A stretch of 35,983 nt of DNA from Acholeplasma sp. (GTDB lineage Bacteria > Bacillota_I > Bacilli_A > Acholeplasmatales > UBA5453): NCBI GenBank assembly GCA_036677365.1, contig JAVBWN010000019.1, positions 1 to 35,983 of the forward strand, read 5' to 3'. Positions 1-9,745 of this stretch are shown here, in pieces. A program made the position numbers and the translations under genes. The notes beneath the pieces are model-generated. The model saw only the letters and a list, made by a program, of their open reading frames with translations. It was not told where the DNA came from and ran no database searches. Every line of letters begins with the position of its first letter. Position 1 is the stretch's first letter.

Positions 1-120
1 CCAAAATATATTTGAATTGTAAGAATTAGCTCTTATCTTTTTATTCTAAACTTTCATTAGAATTGCTTTTATGTTTATTCTTTATACACTCATCATCATT
101 CAGTTTTCAAAGACCAATTT
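1..120 (-). promoter_or_regulatory. rRNA operon leader with boxA antitermination element (101-115); 16S rRNA gene probably begins at or just beyond position 1
   Basis: Minus strand GGTCTTTGAAAACTG at 115-101 matches the Firmicutes rrn boxA. The minus strand ends ...TTTTGG at position 1, which typically precedes AGAGTTTGATC at the 16S 5' end. The 16S body is not in the window. Confidence 0.75.
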
Positions 121-147
121 TTCTTCACACGGATTTCGTGCTTATTC

Positions 148-176
148 ATTTTAACACTCTAAAATAGGGTTGTCAA
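148..176 (-). promoter_or_regulatory. sigma70/sigmaA promoter (rrn P2-like)
   Basis: TTGACA (176-171), 17-bp spacer, TG-n-TAAAAT (-10 at 153-148), pointing into the boxA leader. Confidence 0.85.
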
Positions 177-223
177 GTATTTGTCTGACTTTTTTTAACC
201 CTTATCTTTAAGCTGTTAAAAAG

Positions 224-308
224 TGGTGGAGGGGGACGGTTTCGAACCGCCGAACCCTTAGGGAGCAGATTTACAGTCTGCCGCGTTTAGCCTCTTCGCT
301 ACCCCTCC
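224..308 (-). tRNA. tRNA-Tyr (GTA)
   Basis: Minus strand GGAGGGGTAGCGAAGAGGCTAAACGCGGCAGACTGTAAATCTGCTCCCTAAGGGTTCGGCGGTTCGAAACCGTCCCCCTCCACCA. Anticodon arm GCAGA-CTGTAAA-TCTGC, long variable arm, TTCGAA T-loop, encoded CCA. Confidence 0.97.
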
Positions 309-328
309 GGTTTGCCGTGTGCTTTTTT

Positions 329-357
329 ATTCTAACCTAACCAATAAAAAAATGCAA
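329..357 (-). promoter_or_regulatory. sigma70/sigmaA promoter (rrn P1-like / tRNA-Tyr)
   Basis: TTGCAT (357-352), 17-bp spacer, TAGAAT (334-329), with AT-rich sequence upstream. Confidence 0.7.
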
Positions 358-396
358 CACCTATTGTTACATTTTTTCTCAAATCTTGTTTTATGG

Positions 397-573
397 CTAT
401 TTTTGGGGTTTTAATTTCTTGTCTAACTCAAACTTTGGAATCATGACTTCGCGCGCACACCCGTTACACTTTATTTTGATGTCTGCGCCTGTGCGTATGA
501 CCGTCCACGCGTTGCTCCCGCATACGTGAGGCTTTTTTGTTTGGATTTGCATCCCTACTTCATATGTGGTCAT
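397..573 (-). CDS. DUF951 (YyzM-like) small protein, 58 aa; missing from the ORF track
   Basis: Hand translation MTTYEVGMQIQTKKPHVCGSNAWTVIRTGADIKIKCNGCAREVMIPKFELDKKLKPQK*. KKPHxCG...W...GADIKIKCxxC is the DUF951 pattern. ATG overlaps the parB stop (ATGA). Confidence 0.9.
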   Translation of the reverse strand: MTTYEVGMQIQTKKPHVCGSNAWTVIRTGADIKIKCNGCAREVMIPKFELDKKLKPQK

Positions 574-1406
574 TTGAGGAGTTTTTCTACCAAAGCTTTG
601 AGTTCTTCTTCAGATTTAACCTTGATGGTTAACTTGTTCGCAGTTACGACAGTCTTTAAGCCCAATTTTTGATTCAAGCTTTGTTCATAGACAACAAATG
701 TCTTTGGTTTTGGTTCACGCTTTTGCTTATTGGTTTTTTCTTCTTTTTCAGCCAATGCTTCGATTTGTCGAACAGACAGCTGTTCATGGACAATCTTTTT
801 GGCCAATGTTTTAATTCTAAGTGGGTCATCGAGCTTAGATAGAACACGCGCATGCGCCATGGAAATGTCATTATTTAAAAGCATGGCTTGAACTTCATCT
901 GGTAAATTTAATAAACCGATGATGTTGGTAACATAGCTTCTCGATTTACCAATGCGTTCAGCCAAAGTCTTTTGGGTGATTTCCATCGAACGCATGATAT
1001 TGGCATACGCTTCAGCTTCTTCAATTGGACTTAGGTTTTCACGTTGTAAGTTTTCAACCAACGAAATCTCTGCGACTTTCGCTGGGTCATAGGATCGAAT
1101 GATTGAAGGGATGGTGCTGAGCCCTACCTGTTTAGCCGCTCTAAAACGACGTTCACCAGATACGATCATAAAGCCATCTTTAACTTTTTTTACGATGATG
1201 GGTTGAAAAATGCCATGTTCGCTGATGGACGCTGCCAAATCATTGATTTTTTCTGGGTCAAAAATACGTCTTGGTTGAAATGGGTTTGGGGTAATTTCTG
1301 TCAATGGAATCTCAACAATTTTTTCCCCTTCTTGGATTTCATCGATGGTATTTTCTACCAATAAATCTTTTAAACCTCTGCCTAATACCTTAGTGTTTGA
1401 TTTCAT
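570..1406 (-). CDS. parB: ParB/Spo0J chromosome partitioning protein
   Basis: LGRGL N-terminal motif, PNPFQPR, SGERRFRA CTP-binding motif, ENLQRENL, HTH region; directly downstream of parA. Confidence 0.95.
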   Translation of the reverse strand: MKSNTKVLGRGLKDLLVENTIDEIQEGEKIVEIPLTEITPNPFQPRRIFDPEKINDLAASISEHGIFQPIIVKKVKDGFMIVSGERRFRAAKQVGLSTIPSIIRSYDPAKVAEISLVENLQRENLSPIEEAEAYANIMRSMEITQKTLAERIGKSRSYVTNIIGLLNLPDEVQAMLLNNDISMAHARVLSKLDDPLRIKTLAKKIVHEQLSVRQIEALAEKEEKTNKQKREPKPKTFVVYEQSLNQKLGLKTVVTANKLTIKVKSEEELKALVEKLLK

Positions 1407-2181
1407 TATTCTCGATTAACTCCTTTGCCAATGACTTATATAAAGTAGCTGCACTAGACTTGGGGGCGTAGGTTAAAATTGGGACGCCATAGGTCGGTGC
1501 GACCTGTGCTGCTACGTTACTGGTGATGAATGTTTTGAATACGCCTTCTTGGAAATACTCTTTTACTTCATTTACGATTGCCCAACCGGCTTTGGTGCGT
1601 TTATCTAACATCGTCAATAAAACGCCTTCGATGGTCAGTTCGCGATGATTTACCTTCAAGTTCTTTTGGACAACACGAACTGTATTGAGCAACTGTGTGA
1701 GCCCGTCAATGGCTAAAAATTGACATTGAATCGGTATTAAAACCGAGTCAGAAGCATAAAGTGCATTCAGTGTCGAAATCCCTAAAGCTGGTGCACAATC
1801 GATCAATATGTAATCATACTTGTCTTTCACTTTTCTGAGTATTCGGTCTAAAATGTATTCATGATCATCGAGCTTGATGAGTTTCATATCAATCCCAGCC
1901 AAATCGATTGTGGCTGGAACGACGTCCATAGGGTACTTATCGAGTACCGGGATACACAGTGTGACCTCATCTAATGGTTTTTCACCCATGAGTGCGTCGT
2001 ATAAGTTACCACGCAATTGGCTTCGATTGATCCCTAAACTGGTGGTTGCGGAACCTTGTGCATCGAAGTCAATCAATAAGATGCGTTTGCCATAATAAGC
2101 CAAAGAGGCAGCTAAGTTGACGGATGTAGTTGTTTTTCCGACGCCACCTTTTTGATTGGCAATCGATATGACTTTTCCCAT
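1390..2181 (-). CDS. parA: ParA/Soj ATPase
   Basis: Deviant Walker A NQKGGVGKTT, DFDAQG, DYILIDCAP. Confidence 0.95.
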   Translation of the reverse strand: MGKVISIANQKGGVGKTTTSVNLAASLAYYGKRILLIDFDAQGSATTSLGINRSQLRGNLYDALMGEKPLDEVTLCIPVLDKYPMDVVPATIDLAGIDMKLIKLDDHEYILDRILRKVKDKYDYILIDCAPALGISTLNALYASDSVLIPIQCQFLAIDGLTQLLNTVRVVQKNLKVNHRELTIEGVLLTMLDKRTKAGWAIVNEVKEYFQEGVFKTFITSNVAAQVAPTYGVPILTYAPKSSAATLYKSLAKELIENNEIKH

Positions 2182-2190
2182 GGGTACTCC

Positions 2191-2877
2191 TTATAATGGT
2201 TTGTTTTTAATGTCTTTGAATGGTCTTGGATAGGTATTGTTTTCTTTGATTTTTTTGATTTTTAGTAAGTGTCTTTCACCCAATTGATTGGGTAATTCCA
2301 ATGATATGATGGACTCTACTTTGCCACCTAAAATTTGAATACCTCTACTGGCGCGTTCTAATTCGGATTGAAAGTTTTGTGCTTTCATCGCGATGAGATA
2401 CCCACCAACTTTGACCAATGGTAATGCCAGTTCATCGAGTATTTCAATCGGAGCGACCGCACGTGCAGTGACCAAATCAAAGTCGTTACGACGTGATTTG
2501 GCGAATATTTCTGCCCGGTCACAAACCAGTTCAACACCTTCGATTTCTAACGCTTTAAGTAGTCTCCCTAAAAACAATATACGCTTGTTTAATGAGTCGA
2601 CGATGGTCAGTTTTAAATGGGGGTAAACAATCTTTAAAACAATCCCTGGGAATCCCGCCCCAGAGCCAATATCTAGGATCGTAGACACTTGATTTAAATC
2701 GATGGCTTGAGATAAGGTTAACGAGTCGTAAAAGTGCTTATAATAAACCCCTTCAAGGTCCGTGATTGCTGTCAAATTCATGACTGCATTCTCTTGAACT
2801 AAGACCTCATAATAGCGATGTAGTTTTGCTTGTTGAGCATCACTCAGTGACAGCCCAAGGGGTTCGAAAATATCCAT
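2191..2877 (-). CDS. rsmG: 16S rRNA m7G527 methyltransferase RsmG (GidB)
   Basis: MNLTAI, KHFYDSL, LDIGSGAGFPG, VTARAVA; follows mnmG. Confidence 0.95.
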   Translation of the reverse strand: MDIFEPLGLSLSDAQQAKLHRYYEVLVQENAVMNLTAITDLEGVYYKHFYDSLTLSQAIDLNQVSTILDIGSGAGFPGIVLKIVYPHLKLTIVDSLNKRILFLGRLLKALEIEGVELVCDRAEIFAKSRRNDFDLVTARAVAPIEILDELALPLVKVGGYLIAMKAQNFQSELERASRGIQILGGKVESIISLELPNQLGERHLLKIKKIKENNTYPRPFKDIKNKPL

Positions 2878-2878
2878 A

Positions 2879-4726
2879 TTACCTCAAGGATTCTAGATAG
2901 ACCAACAAGATTGAAATATCCGCTGGATTTACACCACTGATCCGTGAAGCTTGTCCAAGGGTGGTTGGTCTAATCTTTTTTAGTTTAACCCTGGCTTCGT
3001 TAGCCAAGTTTTTAATGAGGTCATAGTTGATGTCTACTGGAATTGGTTTTTCATCTACTTTGACCATTTTTTCAGCTTCTTTATAGGCTTTATCAATATA
3101 GCCCGCATATTTCACTTGAATTTCAACTTGTTCCAATACAGCTTCACTGTAATTGTTCGGATAAAATTCATTAATTATATTATATCTAATTTCTGGACGT
3201 TTGAGTAGTTCATATAATGAGGTGCGGTCTGTAATCTTGGATGACCCTGTTGAACGGATGATTTGATTGTTTTGGTCATTAGGCAAAATATAGACTGTCT
3301 TGATTTCTTCAGTGAGTTTTTCAATGTCCGCTTTTTTGTTTAAAAATTTGGTGTAGCGTTCATCGTCTACCAATCCAATTTGATGTCCATAATCACGTAA
3401 TCTCAAATCTGCATTGTCGTGTCTTAACAACAAACGATGTTCAGCCCGTGAGGTGAGTAAACGGTAAGGTTCCTTGGTGCCTTTGGTAATCAAATCATCA
3501 ATCAATACCCCAATATAGGCCTCATTTCGTTTGAGAATGAATGGGGCTTGTCCACGAATCTTTAAAACAGCGTTTATCCCCGCCATTAAGCCCTGTCCCG
3601 CCGCTTCTTCATAACCACTTGTACCATTGATTTGACCAGCACAGAACAAGTTCTCAACCAAACGTGTTTCAAGCGATTGATACAGTTGTGTTGGGTTAAT
3701 AGCATCATATTCAATCGCGTACGCATACTTCACGATAACCGCGTCTTCAAGCCCTTTTATGGAGTGAACAATACGTGCTTGAACATCTCTTGGCATTGAG
3801 GATGAGAGCCCTTGAACATAAATTTCATCGAGGCTTAAGCTTTCGGGTTCAAGAAATATTTGATGTCTTTCTTTGTCACTGAAACGAACGACTTTATCTT
3901 CAATCGATGGGCAATATCTTGGACCTACACCTTCAACAATCCCACCATACATGGCGGAATCGCCTAAGTGCATATTGATGATGCCATGGGTGATTAAATT
4001 GGTATGTGTTAAGTAACATGGTTCTTGATGTCCCATAGAGGTAATCTCAGGGTCAAAGGAGAACGTTTGGAATTTGTCATCCGCGAATTGTGGGGTCGTT
4101 TGTTCATAATGAATCGATGATTTTAATATACGGGGTGGTGTACCTGTTTTAAGTCTAACGATTTCAAACCCTAACTTTGCCAATTGAGCACTGATGCCGT
4201 GGGTGGTTGGTTGATTGTCTGGACCGCTATCCTTGGTTTGATGTCCAATCAGGATTCGGCTATGTAAATAAGTCCCTGTCGTGATGATGACCGTTTTGGA
4301 TTCAATGATTTCTTGAGAAGCCAAAACGACCCCTTTGGCTGTCTTACCTTCAACATGAAGGCCTTCAACCAACGCTTCAAGGAGTTGTAAGTTGGGGGTA
4401 TTTTGTAAAACCTCTAACATTATTTTTGGGTATTCGAGTTTATCGATTTGTGCACGTAAAGCCCAAACAGCCGGACCTTTTGAAAGGTTCAGCATTTTCA
4501 TTTGAATTTGGCCTTTGTCTGCACTTCTGGCCATTTGTCCACCTAAGGCGTCGATTTCTCGAACGACGATTCCTTTGGCAGGTCCACCAATCGAGGGGTT
4601 ACAACTCATGGTACCTACACGATCCAGTTTTCCTGTCACTAACATGGTTTTCATGCCCATTCTCGCTGCTGCGAGTGCAGCTTCGATGCCCGCATGTCCT
4701 CCACCGACGACGATGACGTCTAACAT
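2879..4726 (-). CDS. mnmG: tRNA uridine-5-carboxymethylaminomethyl modification enzyme MnmG (GidA)
   Basis: [53 protein letters not shown]. Start placed at ATG 4726 from RBS spacing. Confidence 0.97.
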   Translation of the reverse strand: MLDVIVVGGGHAGIEAALAAARMGMKTMLVTGKLDRVGTMSCNPSIGGPAKGIVVREIDALGGQMARSADKGQIQMKMLNLSKGPAVWALRAQIDKLEYPKIMLEVLQNTPNLQLLEALVEGLHVEGKTAKGVVLASQEIIESKTVIITTGTYLHSRILIGHQTKDSGPDNQPTTHGISAQLAKLGFEIVRLKTGTPPRILKSSIHYEQTTPQFADDKFQTFSFDPEITSMGHQEPCYLTHTNLITHGIINMHLGDSAMYGGIVEGVGPRYCPSIEDKVVRFSDKERHQIFLEPESLSLDEIYVQGLSSSMPRDVQARIVHSIKGLEDAVIVKYAYAIEYDAINPTQLYQSLETRLVENLFCAGQINGTSGYEEAAGQGLMAGINAVLKIRGQAPFILKRNEAYIGVLIDDLITKGTKEPYRLLTSRAEHRLLLRHDNADLRLRDYGHQIGLVDDERYTKFLNKKADIEKLTEEIKTVYILPNDQNNQIIRSTGSSKITDRTSLYELLKRPEIRYNIINEFYPNNYSEAVLEQVEIQVKYAGYIDKAYKEAEKMVKVDEKPIPVDINYDLIKNLANEARVKLKKIRPTTLGQASRISGVNPADISILLVYLESLR

Positions 4727-4794
4727 ATATATCACTTCCTGCTGTATTATTCTACCAAGAACAAATTATGTTTACAACATAAAAAGCTTCGAAG

Positions 4795-4821
4795 AAAAAA
4801 GAAGGCGATTGCTCGCCTCTT
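4795..4821 (-). terminator. intrinsic terminator after tkt
   Basis: AGGCGA-TTGC-TCGCCT hairpin with an A-run at 4795-4800 (U-tract on the minus strand). Confidence 0.65.
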
Positions 4822-6775
4822 AAATATTTAGAAATGCTTGTGCTACTTTTTCTTTGGTAAATCCAAATGCCTTGATGACCACTTCAAGTGGGGCGGATAG
4901 ACCGTAGCGGTCAATGCCGTAAACATGTGGTGTATACTTGTACCAAGACGCGGAAGAGCCCATTTCAATGGCTAAGGTCTTCACGCCGTGCGGTAAGATT
5001 TCATGCTTATAGGCTTCGGATTGTTTTTCAAATAAATAATGGGAAGGCATCGATACCACACGGGTAAATACGCCTTGTGATTCGAGTTGTTGTTGCGCTT
5101 CAATGGCCAATCCAACTTCAGAACCGGCAGCGAGTAATACCCCTTGAAGTTTACCTTTTTCAGGTGAAACAACATAGGCACCTTTTTCGAACACATCCAT
5201 ACAAACCACTGGAAGTGTCTTCAAGTTTTGTCTGGTTAAGATGATGGCTGAAGGGGTTTTGTGTTGCTTAATTGCCCATAACCAGGCCGCTCTGGTTTCA
5301 TTTGCATCGGCTGGTCTCATGACGTTTAAGCCCGGTATGACGCGAAGTCCCGCGAGTTGTTCAATAGGTTCATGGGTTGGTCCATCTTCACCCACAGCGA
5401 TGGTATCGTGTGAGAAGACGAATACAGAAGGGATTTGCATGAGTGCTGCCAAACGGATGGATGGCTTCATGTAATCTGAGAATACGAAGAATGCACCCGC
5501 AAAGGCTCTTAGTCCCCCATGGAGTTGCATACCATTAACAATAGCACCCATGGCGTGTTCACGAACACCAAAGTTGATGTTTCTACCAAGACGGTTTTCT
5601 TTTGAAAAATGACCATCTGCACCTTTCGCTTTGGTGGACGCGGTTAAGTCAGCAGACCCACCAATGATGTTTGGCATCATCTTCGATAACTCATCCAGAA
5701 CTTTTCCGGATGCAGCACGTGTTGCGATTTGTGCCCCAACTTCAAACTTCGGTAAATCCTTCAATTCAATCTCTTGATTTTCAACAATAAATGACTTGAG
5801 TTGAGCTGCTTCTGTTGGGAATTTTTCTTGATATTCAGCAATCATTTGAATCCATTTACGATAGTATCTAGACCCACGATTGTAGACTTTTGTTTTATAG
5901 TATTTATAAACATCTTGTGGTACTTCAAATGGCTTATAGGTCCAGTTTAAATTCTTTCTGAGTTCATCGGCCTTTTCTAAACCAATCGGTGACCCGTGAA
6001 CATTGGATGTCCCTGCCAAGGATGTACCATAGCCGATGATGGTTTTGATTTCGATGACACTTGGTTTATTGGATTCTCTTTGTGCCTTTTTAATGGCTTT
6101 AGTGATCGCATTTAAATCATTGCCATCAGACACTTTTTGATAGTGCCAGTTCATGGATTCGAATTTTTTCTTATGATCGTCTGAGAAAGCTAAAGATACT
6201 TTACCATCCAATTGGATGTCATTGGAGTCAAATAAAACAATGAGTTTACCTAAACCAAGGTGTCCCGCTAAAGATAAAGCCTCTAACGCTACCCCTTCTT
6301 GAAGGTCGCCATCGCCACAAAGTACGTATGTATAGTGGTCGATGATTGGGAAGTTTTCTTTGTTAAAACGTGCTGCTAAATGGGTTTCTGCAATCGCCAT
6401 ACCCACCCCATTAGAAATCCCTTGTCCAAGTGGACCAGAGGTTGTTTCTACACCGTCGGTATGACCATATTCTGGGTGACCCGGGGTTTTGCCGATTTGT
6501 CTAAAGTTTTTAAGGTCTTCGATGGTAAGTTGGTATCCAGATAAATGATTTAAACCATACAGCAACATCGACCCATGCCCAGCGGATAAAATAAAACGGT
6601 CACGGTCAAACCAGTTAGATTTTTTCGGGAAAGCTTTTAAAAAACGGGTGTAAAGCACGTGTGCCATCGGAGCTGCACCGAGTACAATACCTGGGTGTCC
6701 TGAGTTTGCTTGATTGATTGCGTCCACACCTAGGAAACGTAGTGTTTGAATACTTAAATGATCCATCTTTTCCAT
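4820..6775 (-). CDS. tkt: transketolase
   Basis: SGHPG, DRDRFILSAGHGSMLLY, TPP motif GDGDLQEG, FGVREHAM, VGEDGPTHEP. Confidence 0.97.
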   Translation of the reverse strand: MEKMDHLSIQTLRFLGVDAINQANSGHPGIVLGAAPMAHVLYTRFLKAFPKKSNWFDRDRFILSAGHGSMLLYGLNHLSGYQLTIEDLKNFRQIGKTPGHPEYGHTDGVETTSGPLGQGISNGVGMAIAETHLAARFNKENFPIIDHYTYVLCGDGDLQEGVALEALSLAGHLGLGKLIVLFDSNDIQLDGKVSLAFSDDHKKKFESMNWHYQKVSDGNDLNAITKAIKKAQRESNKPSVIEIKTIIGYGTSLAGTSNVHGSPIGLEKADELRKNLNWTYKPFEVPQDVYKYYKTKVYNRGSRYYRKWIQMIAEYQEKFPTEAAQLKSFIVENQEIELKDLPKFEVGAQIATRAASGKVLDELSKMMPNIIGGSADLTASTKAKGADGHFSKENRLGRNINFGVREHAMGAIVNGMQLHGGLRAFAGAFFVFSDYMKPSIRLAALMQIPSVFVFSHDTIAVGEDGPTHEPIEQLAGLRVIPGLNVMRPADANETRAAWLWAIKQHKTPSAIILTRQNLKTLPVVCMDVFEKGAYVVSPEKGKLQGVLLAAGSEVGLAIEAQQQLESQGVFTRVVSMPSHYLFEKQSEAYKHEILPHGVKTLAIEMGSSASWYKYTPHVYGIDRYGLSAPLEVVIKAFGFTKEKVAQAFLNI

Positions 6776-6786
6776 AAATTACCTCT

Positions 6787-7422
6787 CTATTTTGATTTTT
6801 TATCTTCTTCAGGTTGTGCTTCTACTTCGGCTTCAACTGCTGCTTGAACGGGTTCAACTTTTTCTTCAAATTTGAAGTAGTCTTCATAATACTTACCTTG
6901 TAGTTCAAGTAATTCGTTGAATCGACTTTCACCAACGATGAGTTTGATGTCTCTTACGGCTTCAGATCTTGAGCCTTCAACTTTCTTTCTCATGATGGAA
7001 GTTTGTAGCATATTGGTAATCAACACGACAGCCAATATACCGATGAGTGCGTAGTTTTGATAACCACTTAACGCTGGTACCATAGAGAATAATAGTGCGA
7101 GTGCCATCGATAATGCGATCATTGGAAATACCATTTTGTATAATAGTCCAAAGCGTACTTTATCTGCTTGTTCATAAAAACGAATCCATACTTGATTGAC
7201 ACGTTTTGAATAGAGGTCCTTCATGACTTTGTAGTAGCCATCTTCGACCAAGAGTTTATAGGATTTTGAGTCGCTCGTCCATACAGCAAATTGTCCTTTG
7301 CCTGCGAATCGAGATAAGTAACGGGTATTGTTCATGGAATGGATTTCCACGGTTTTGCCGTCGGTTTGTTGGATTTCTTTAGGTTCATTGAGTTGTTTAA
7401 AAATTGCGTATTGTAATTTCAT
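6787..7422 (-). CDS. hypothetical membrane protein (two central TM helices, acidic C-terminal tail)
   Basis: 211-aa ORF with GGAGG RBS and a TGnTATAAT promoter at 7452-7444. Two hydrophobic segments near residues 92-137. No recognised family. Confidence 0.8.
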   Translation of the reverse strand: MKLQYAIFKQLNEPKEIQQTDGKTVEIHSMNNTRYLSRFAGKGQFAVWTSDSKSYKLLVEDGYYKVMKDLYSKRVNQVWIRFYEQADKVRFGLLYKMVFPMIALSMALALLFSMVPALSGYQNYALIGILAVVLITNMLQTSIMRKKVEGSRSEAVRDIKLIVGESRFNELLELQGKYYEDYFKFEEKVEPVQAAVEAEVEAQPEEDKKSK

Positions 7423-7486
7423 GGTATACGTCCTCCAAATTCAATTATACCACATATATTCATATGTAATTGAAAAAAAACGAAGA

Positions 7487-7507
7487 TAAAAGCCCAAATA
7501 AGGGCTT
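7487..7507 (-). terminator. probable terminator downstream of the SRP RNA
   Basis: AAGCCC-AAATAA-GGGCTT hairpin followed by U-rich sequence on the minus strand. Confidence 0.55.
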
Positions 7508-7639
7508 ATATTAGATAAAATTCATAAATCGATTTTTAGGTTCGTAATCATGAATAGGCTTGTGTTTTTTTAGATCACATCGGTGTTATTTGATTCAACT
7601 CAGTCGATTGATTGTTGAATCCATCTAATGAAACAAAAA

Positions 7640-7751
7640 GTATCCCTATCAGGCACCGCCACCCACATCCTACCCATGCTTATGGCTGCTTCGATCAAGA
7701 CCTGACCAGGTTCACACGATAAGATTGGATGACGGTGCCTCATAGGGATAC
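7640..7751 (-). ncRNA. ffs: small bacterial SRP RNA (4.5S)
   Basis: Long hairpin closed by GTATCCCTAT/ATAGGGATAC and AGGCACCG/CGGTGCCT. Helix-8 motif GTCAGG...AGCAGCC on the minus strand. Lies immediately after tadA, as in the Firmicutes tadA-scr arrangement. Confidence 0.9.
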
Positions 7752-7762
7752 ATATGATGACT

Positions 7763-8221
7763 TTATGATTTGACTCTTAAACTTTTAAAGAATTGCTTGA
7801 GTTCATTTGAACAAGCATCTTCTAGTATACCACCAATCACTTCAACTTTGTGATTGAATTTGATATCAAATAAATTGATGACAGAACCTGCGACGCCGCC
7901 TTTAGGGTCTTTAGCCCCATAAACCAATGTCTTGATTCTAGATTGGATGATGGCCCCTGCACACATCGGGCATGGTTCTAATGTAACGTACAGCTTACAA
8001 TCTTCCAAACGCCAGGAACCAACCTTCTTATTTGCCTTTTCAATCGCAAGCATTTCGGCGTGGGCGTGTGTCTGTTCTTTTAAGACCCTTTTATTATAAG
8101 CCTTAGCGATGATTTTGTCACCTAAAACGATGATAGCACCTACAGGTACCTCATCTTTTAACGCGGCTTTTTTGGCTTCTTTAAGGGCTAAACCCATATA
8201 ATAGGCATCGTCTTTAATCAT
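7763..8221 (-). CDS. tadA: tRNA adenosine(34) deaminase TadA
   Basis: [28 protein letters not shown]. Confidence 0.93.
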   Translation of the reverse strand: MIKDDAYYMGLALKEAKKAALKDEVPVGAIIVLGDKIIAKAYNKRVLKEQTHAHAEMLAIEKANKKVGSWRLEDCKLYVTLEPCPMCAGAIIQSRIKTLVYGAKDPKGGVAGSVINLFDIKFNHKVEVIGGILEDACSNELKQFFKSLRVKS

Positions 8222-8808
8222 ATTTTATTGGGTTTATTTTTAACTTCATGACAGTCACGACTGCGTGGTTCGTACGCTTCTGCCGCACCGACCAAGACAA
8301 TCGGGTCATCAAATGAAGCCGGTTTACCGTTAATTAAGCGTTGAGTGCGTGTGGCTGGCTGACCAGAAACCACACAAACTGCGGTGAGTTTTTGAACAAA
8401 TTCAGCGATGGCCAATAGTTGTGGCATCGGTCCAAACGGTTCACCTCTAAAGTCACGATCCAAACCACCAATAATGACACGAATGCCACGATCAGCTAGG
8501 ACTTCAGATACCCAAATGACATCGTTGTCTAAAAATTGTGCCTCATCAATCACTACCGCATCCACGCCTTCTTTGACATAATCTAAGATTTCTTTGGCTT
8601 TGTTGATATTGATGGATTTCGCTTTGGTTTTGTTGTGTGATACTATTTCAGATTCTGAATATCGATTGTCAATTGATGGCTTAAACACCAATACAGTCTT
8701 CTTTGCGTACTCTAAACGACGAATACGTCTAATGATTTCTTCTGTTTTTCCTGCAAACATTGGTCCGCAGACCACTTCAATCCAACCACCAAATATTGGT
8801 TGATGCAT
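8218..8808 (-). CDS. tdk: thymidine kinase
   Basis: [11 protein letters not shown]-loop, [17 protein letters not shown]. Start moved to ATG 8808 (GGGAG RBS); the ORF-track N-terminal extension is probably non-coding. Confidence 0.95.
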   Translation of the reverse strand: MHQPIFGGWIEVVCGPMFAGKTEEIIRRIRRLEYAKKTVLVFKPSIDNRYSESEIVSHNKTKAKSININKAKEILDYVKEGVDAVVIDEAQFLDNDVIWVSEVLADRGIRVIIGGLDRDFRGEPFGPMPQLLAIAEFVQKLTAVCVVSGQPATRTQRLINGKPASFDDPIVLVGAAEAYEPRSRDCHEVKNKPNKI

Positions 8809-8895
8809 AGTATCACTCCCTACAACTAGTATACGGATTTCAAACCATGGATTCAACCCCTAATAAAATGAAAGCAACTTACATTATAAATATAC

Positions 8896-8921
8896 AAAAA
8901 CACGACTCGAAAGTCGTGTTT
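8896..8921. terminator. intrinsic terminator ending the carotenoid/kinase operon
   Basis: AAACACGACT-CGAA-AGTCGTGTTT perfect 10-bp stem with A/T flanks. Confidence 0.85.
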
Positions 8922-8938
8922 ATTGGCTTAATTTTATC

Positions 8939-9730
8939 TTAAAATACAAAGATCAACATCGATACGGCTGTGGATATGAATCCGCTGATAAAATTGACGG
9001 CGTCATTGGTTATCCATGCGAGCCCACTCGTTAAAATTACTTTCTCATTTTCAAGAAATGCCTTTTCAGTATACTTACCTGTTCTCTCGCCCTTATACTT
9101 GGCTTGAACTAAAATCCCCATGTAAGAATCGATTAAACATCCGATGAAACCACCTAAAGTGATGACACTGAAGTACATCCAAATCTTACTATTATTAAAC
9201 AATGGTGAAGACCAATACAAGAGAATGAAACTCACACCGATGAACAACGCTCCAAGAAATGAAGCGAGTGTGCCTAACTTAGATACCCCACCAGAAACCC
9301 CTTTGGGTACCTCTTTAAATGTTAGAATAGAATATGTTTTGCCTCTAGATAAAACACCGATTTCACTTGCCCACGTGTCCGAGTTACACGAAGCAATCGA
9401 TATGATTGCGGCTACCATGAATAACTCATTGGATGAATAATAAAAGAATACTGAAAACATCGCTGCGACAAACCCATTGGACAACACTTGAATATAGTTT
9501 CGGCCTGAAGACGCATCCTTCACTTTCTTTTCATGTAGCTTAGTTAAGAGTGACGATGAAATGAAAAATAGGATGAGTGCGCTCCATACGACATATGTAC
9601 CAAATCCATAAATGATGGTGCCTAATAGTGTGGCTGTAATGAAACCAGACTGATTTAGAGAATGTTTTTTGTAGGCAAGAAACGCAACCAGAAAGCTGAG
9701 TCCAAACCCGATTAAAAATTGTAATACCAT
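8939..9730 (-). CDS. DUF92/TMEM19-family membrane protein (VTE6 phytyl-phosphate-kinase-like)
   Basis: GRNYIQVLSNG, NSDTWASEIG, VPKGVSGGVSKLGT, DSYMG and NDAVNF are DUF92 motifs; multiple TM helices. Start at ATG 9730 (GGAGG RBS). Confidence 0.9.
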   Translation of the reverse strand: MVLQFLIGFGLSFLVAFLAYKKHSLNQSGFITATLLGTIIYGFGTYVVWSALILFFISSSLLTKLHEKKVKDASSGRNYIQVLSNGFVAAMFSVFFYYSSNELFMVAAIISIASCNSDTWASEIGVLSRGKTYSILTFKEVPKGVSGGVSKLGTLASFLGALFIGVSFILLYWSSPLFNNSKIWMYFSVITLGGFIGCLIDSYMGILVQAKYKGERTGKYTEKAFLENEKVILTSGLAWITNDAVNFISGFISTAVSMLIFVF

Positions 9731-9745
9731 AGGCACCTCCAACGG

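Noticed and set aside
363..376. ATTGTTACATTTTT shared with 35479-35492 and similar to 12870-12883
   Set aside because: AT-rich and close to extended -10 or UP-element composition; not enough evidence for a common regulator site.
421..570. GC-rich stretch after parB first considered a structured ncRNA
   Set aside because: It translates cleanly as a 58-aa DUF951 protein coupled to the parB stop.
1..4820. oriC or parS sites near mnmG-parAB
   Set aside because: No cluster of TTATCCACA boxes or parS palindrome was found by eye, and the intergenic space is accounted for by promoters and the tRNA. A computational scan could still find degenerate sites.
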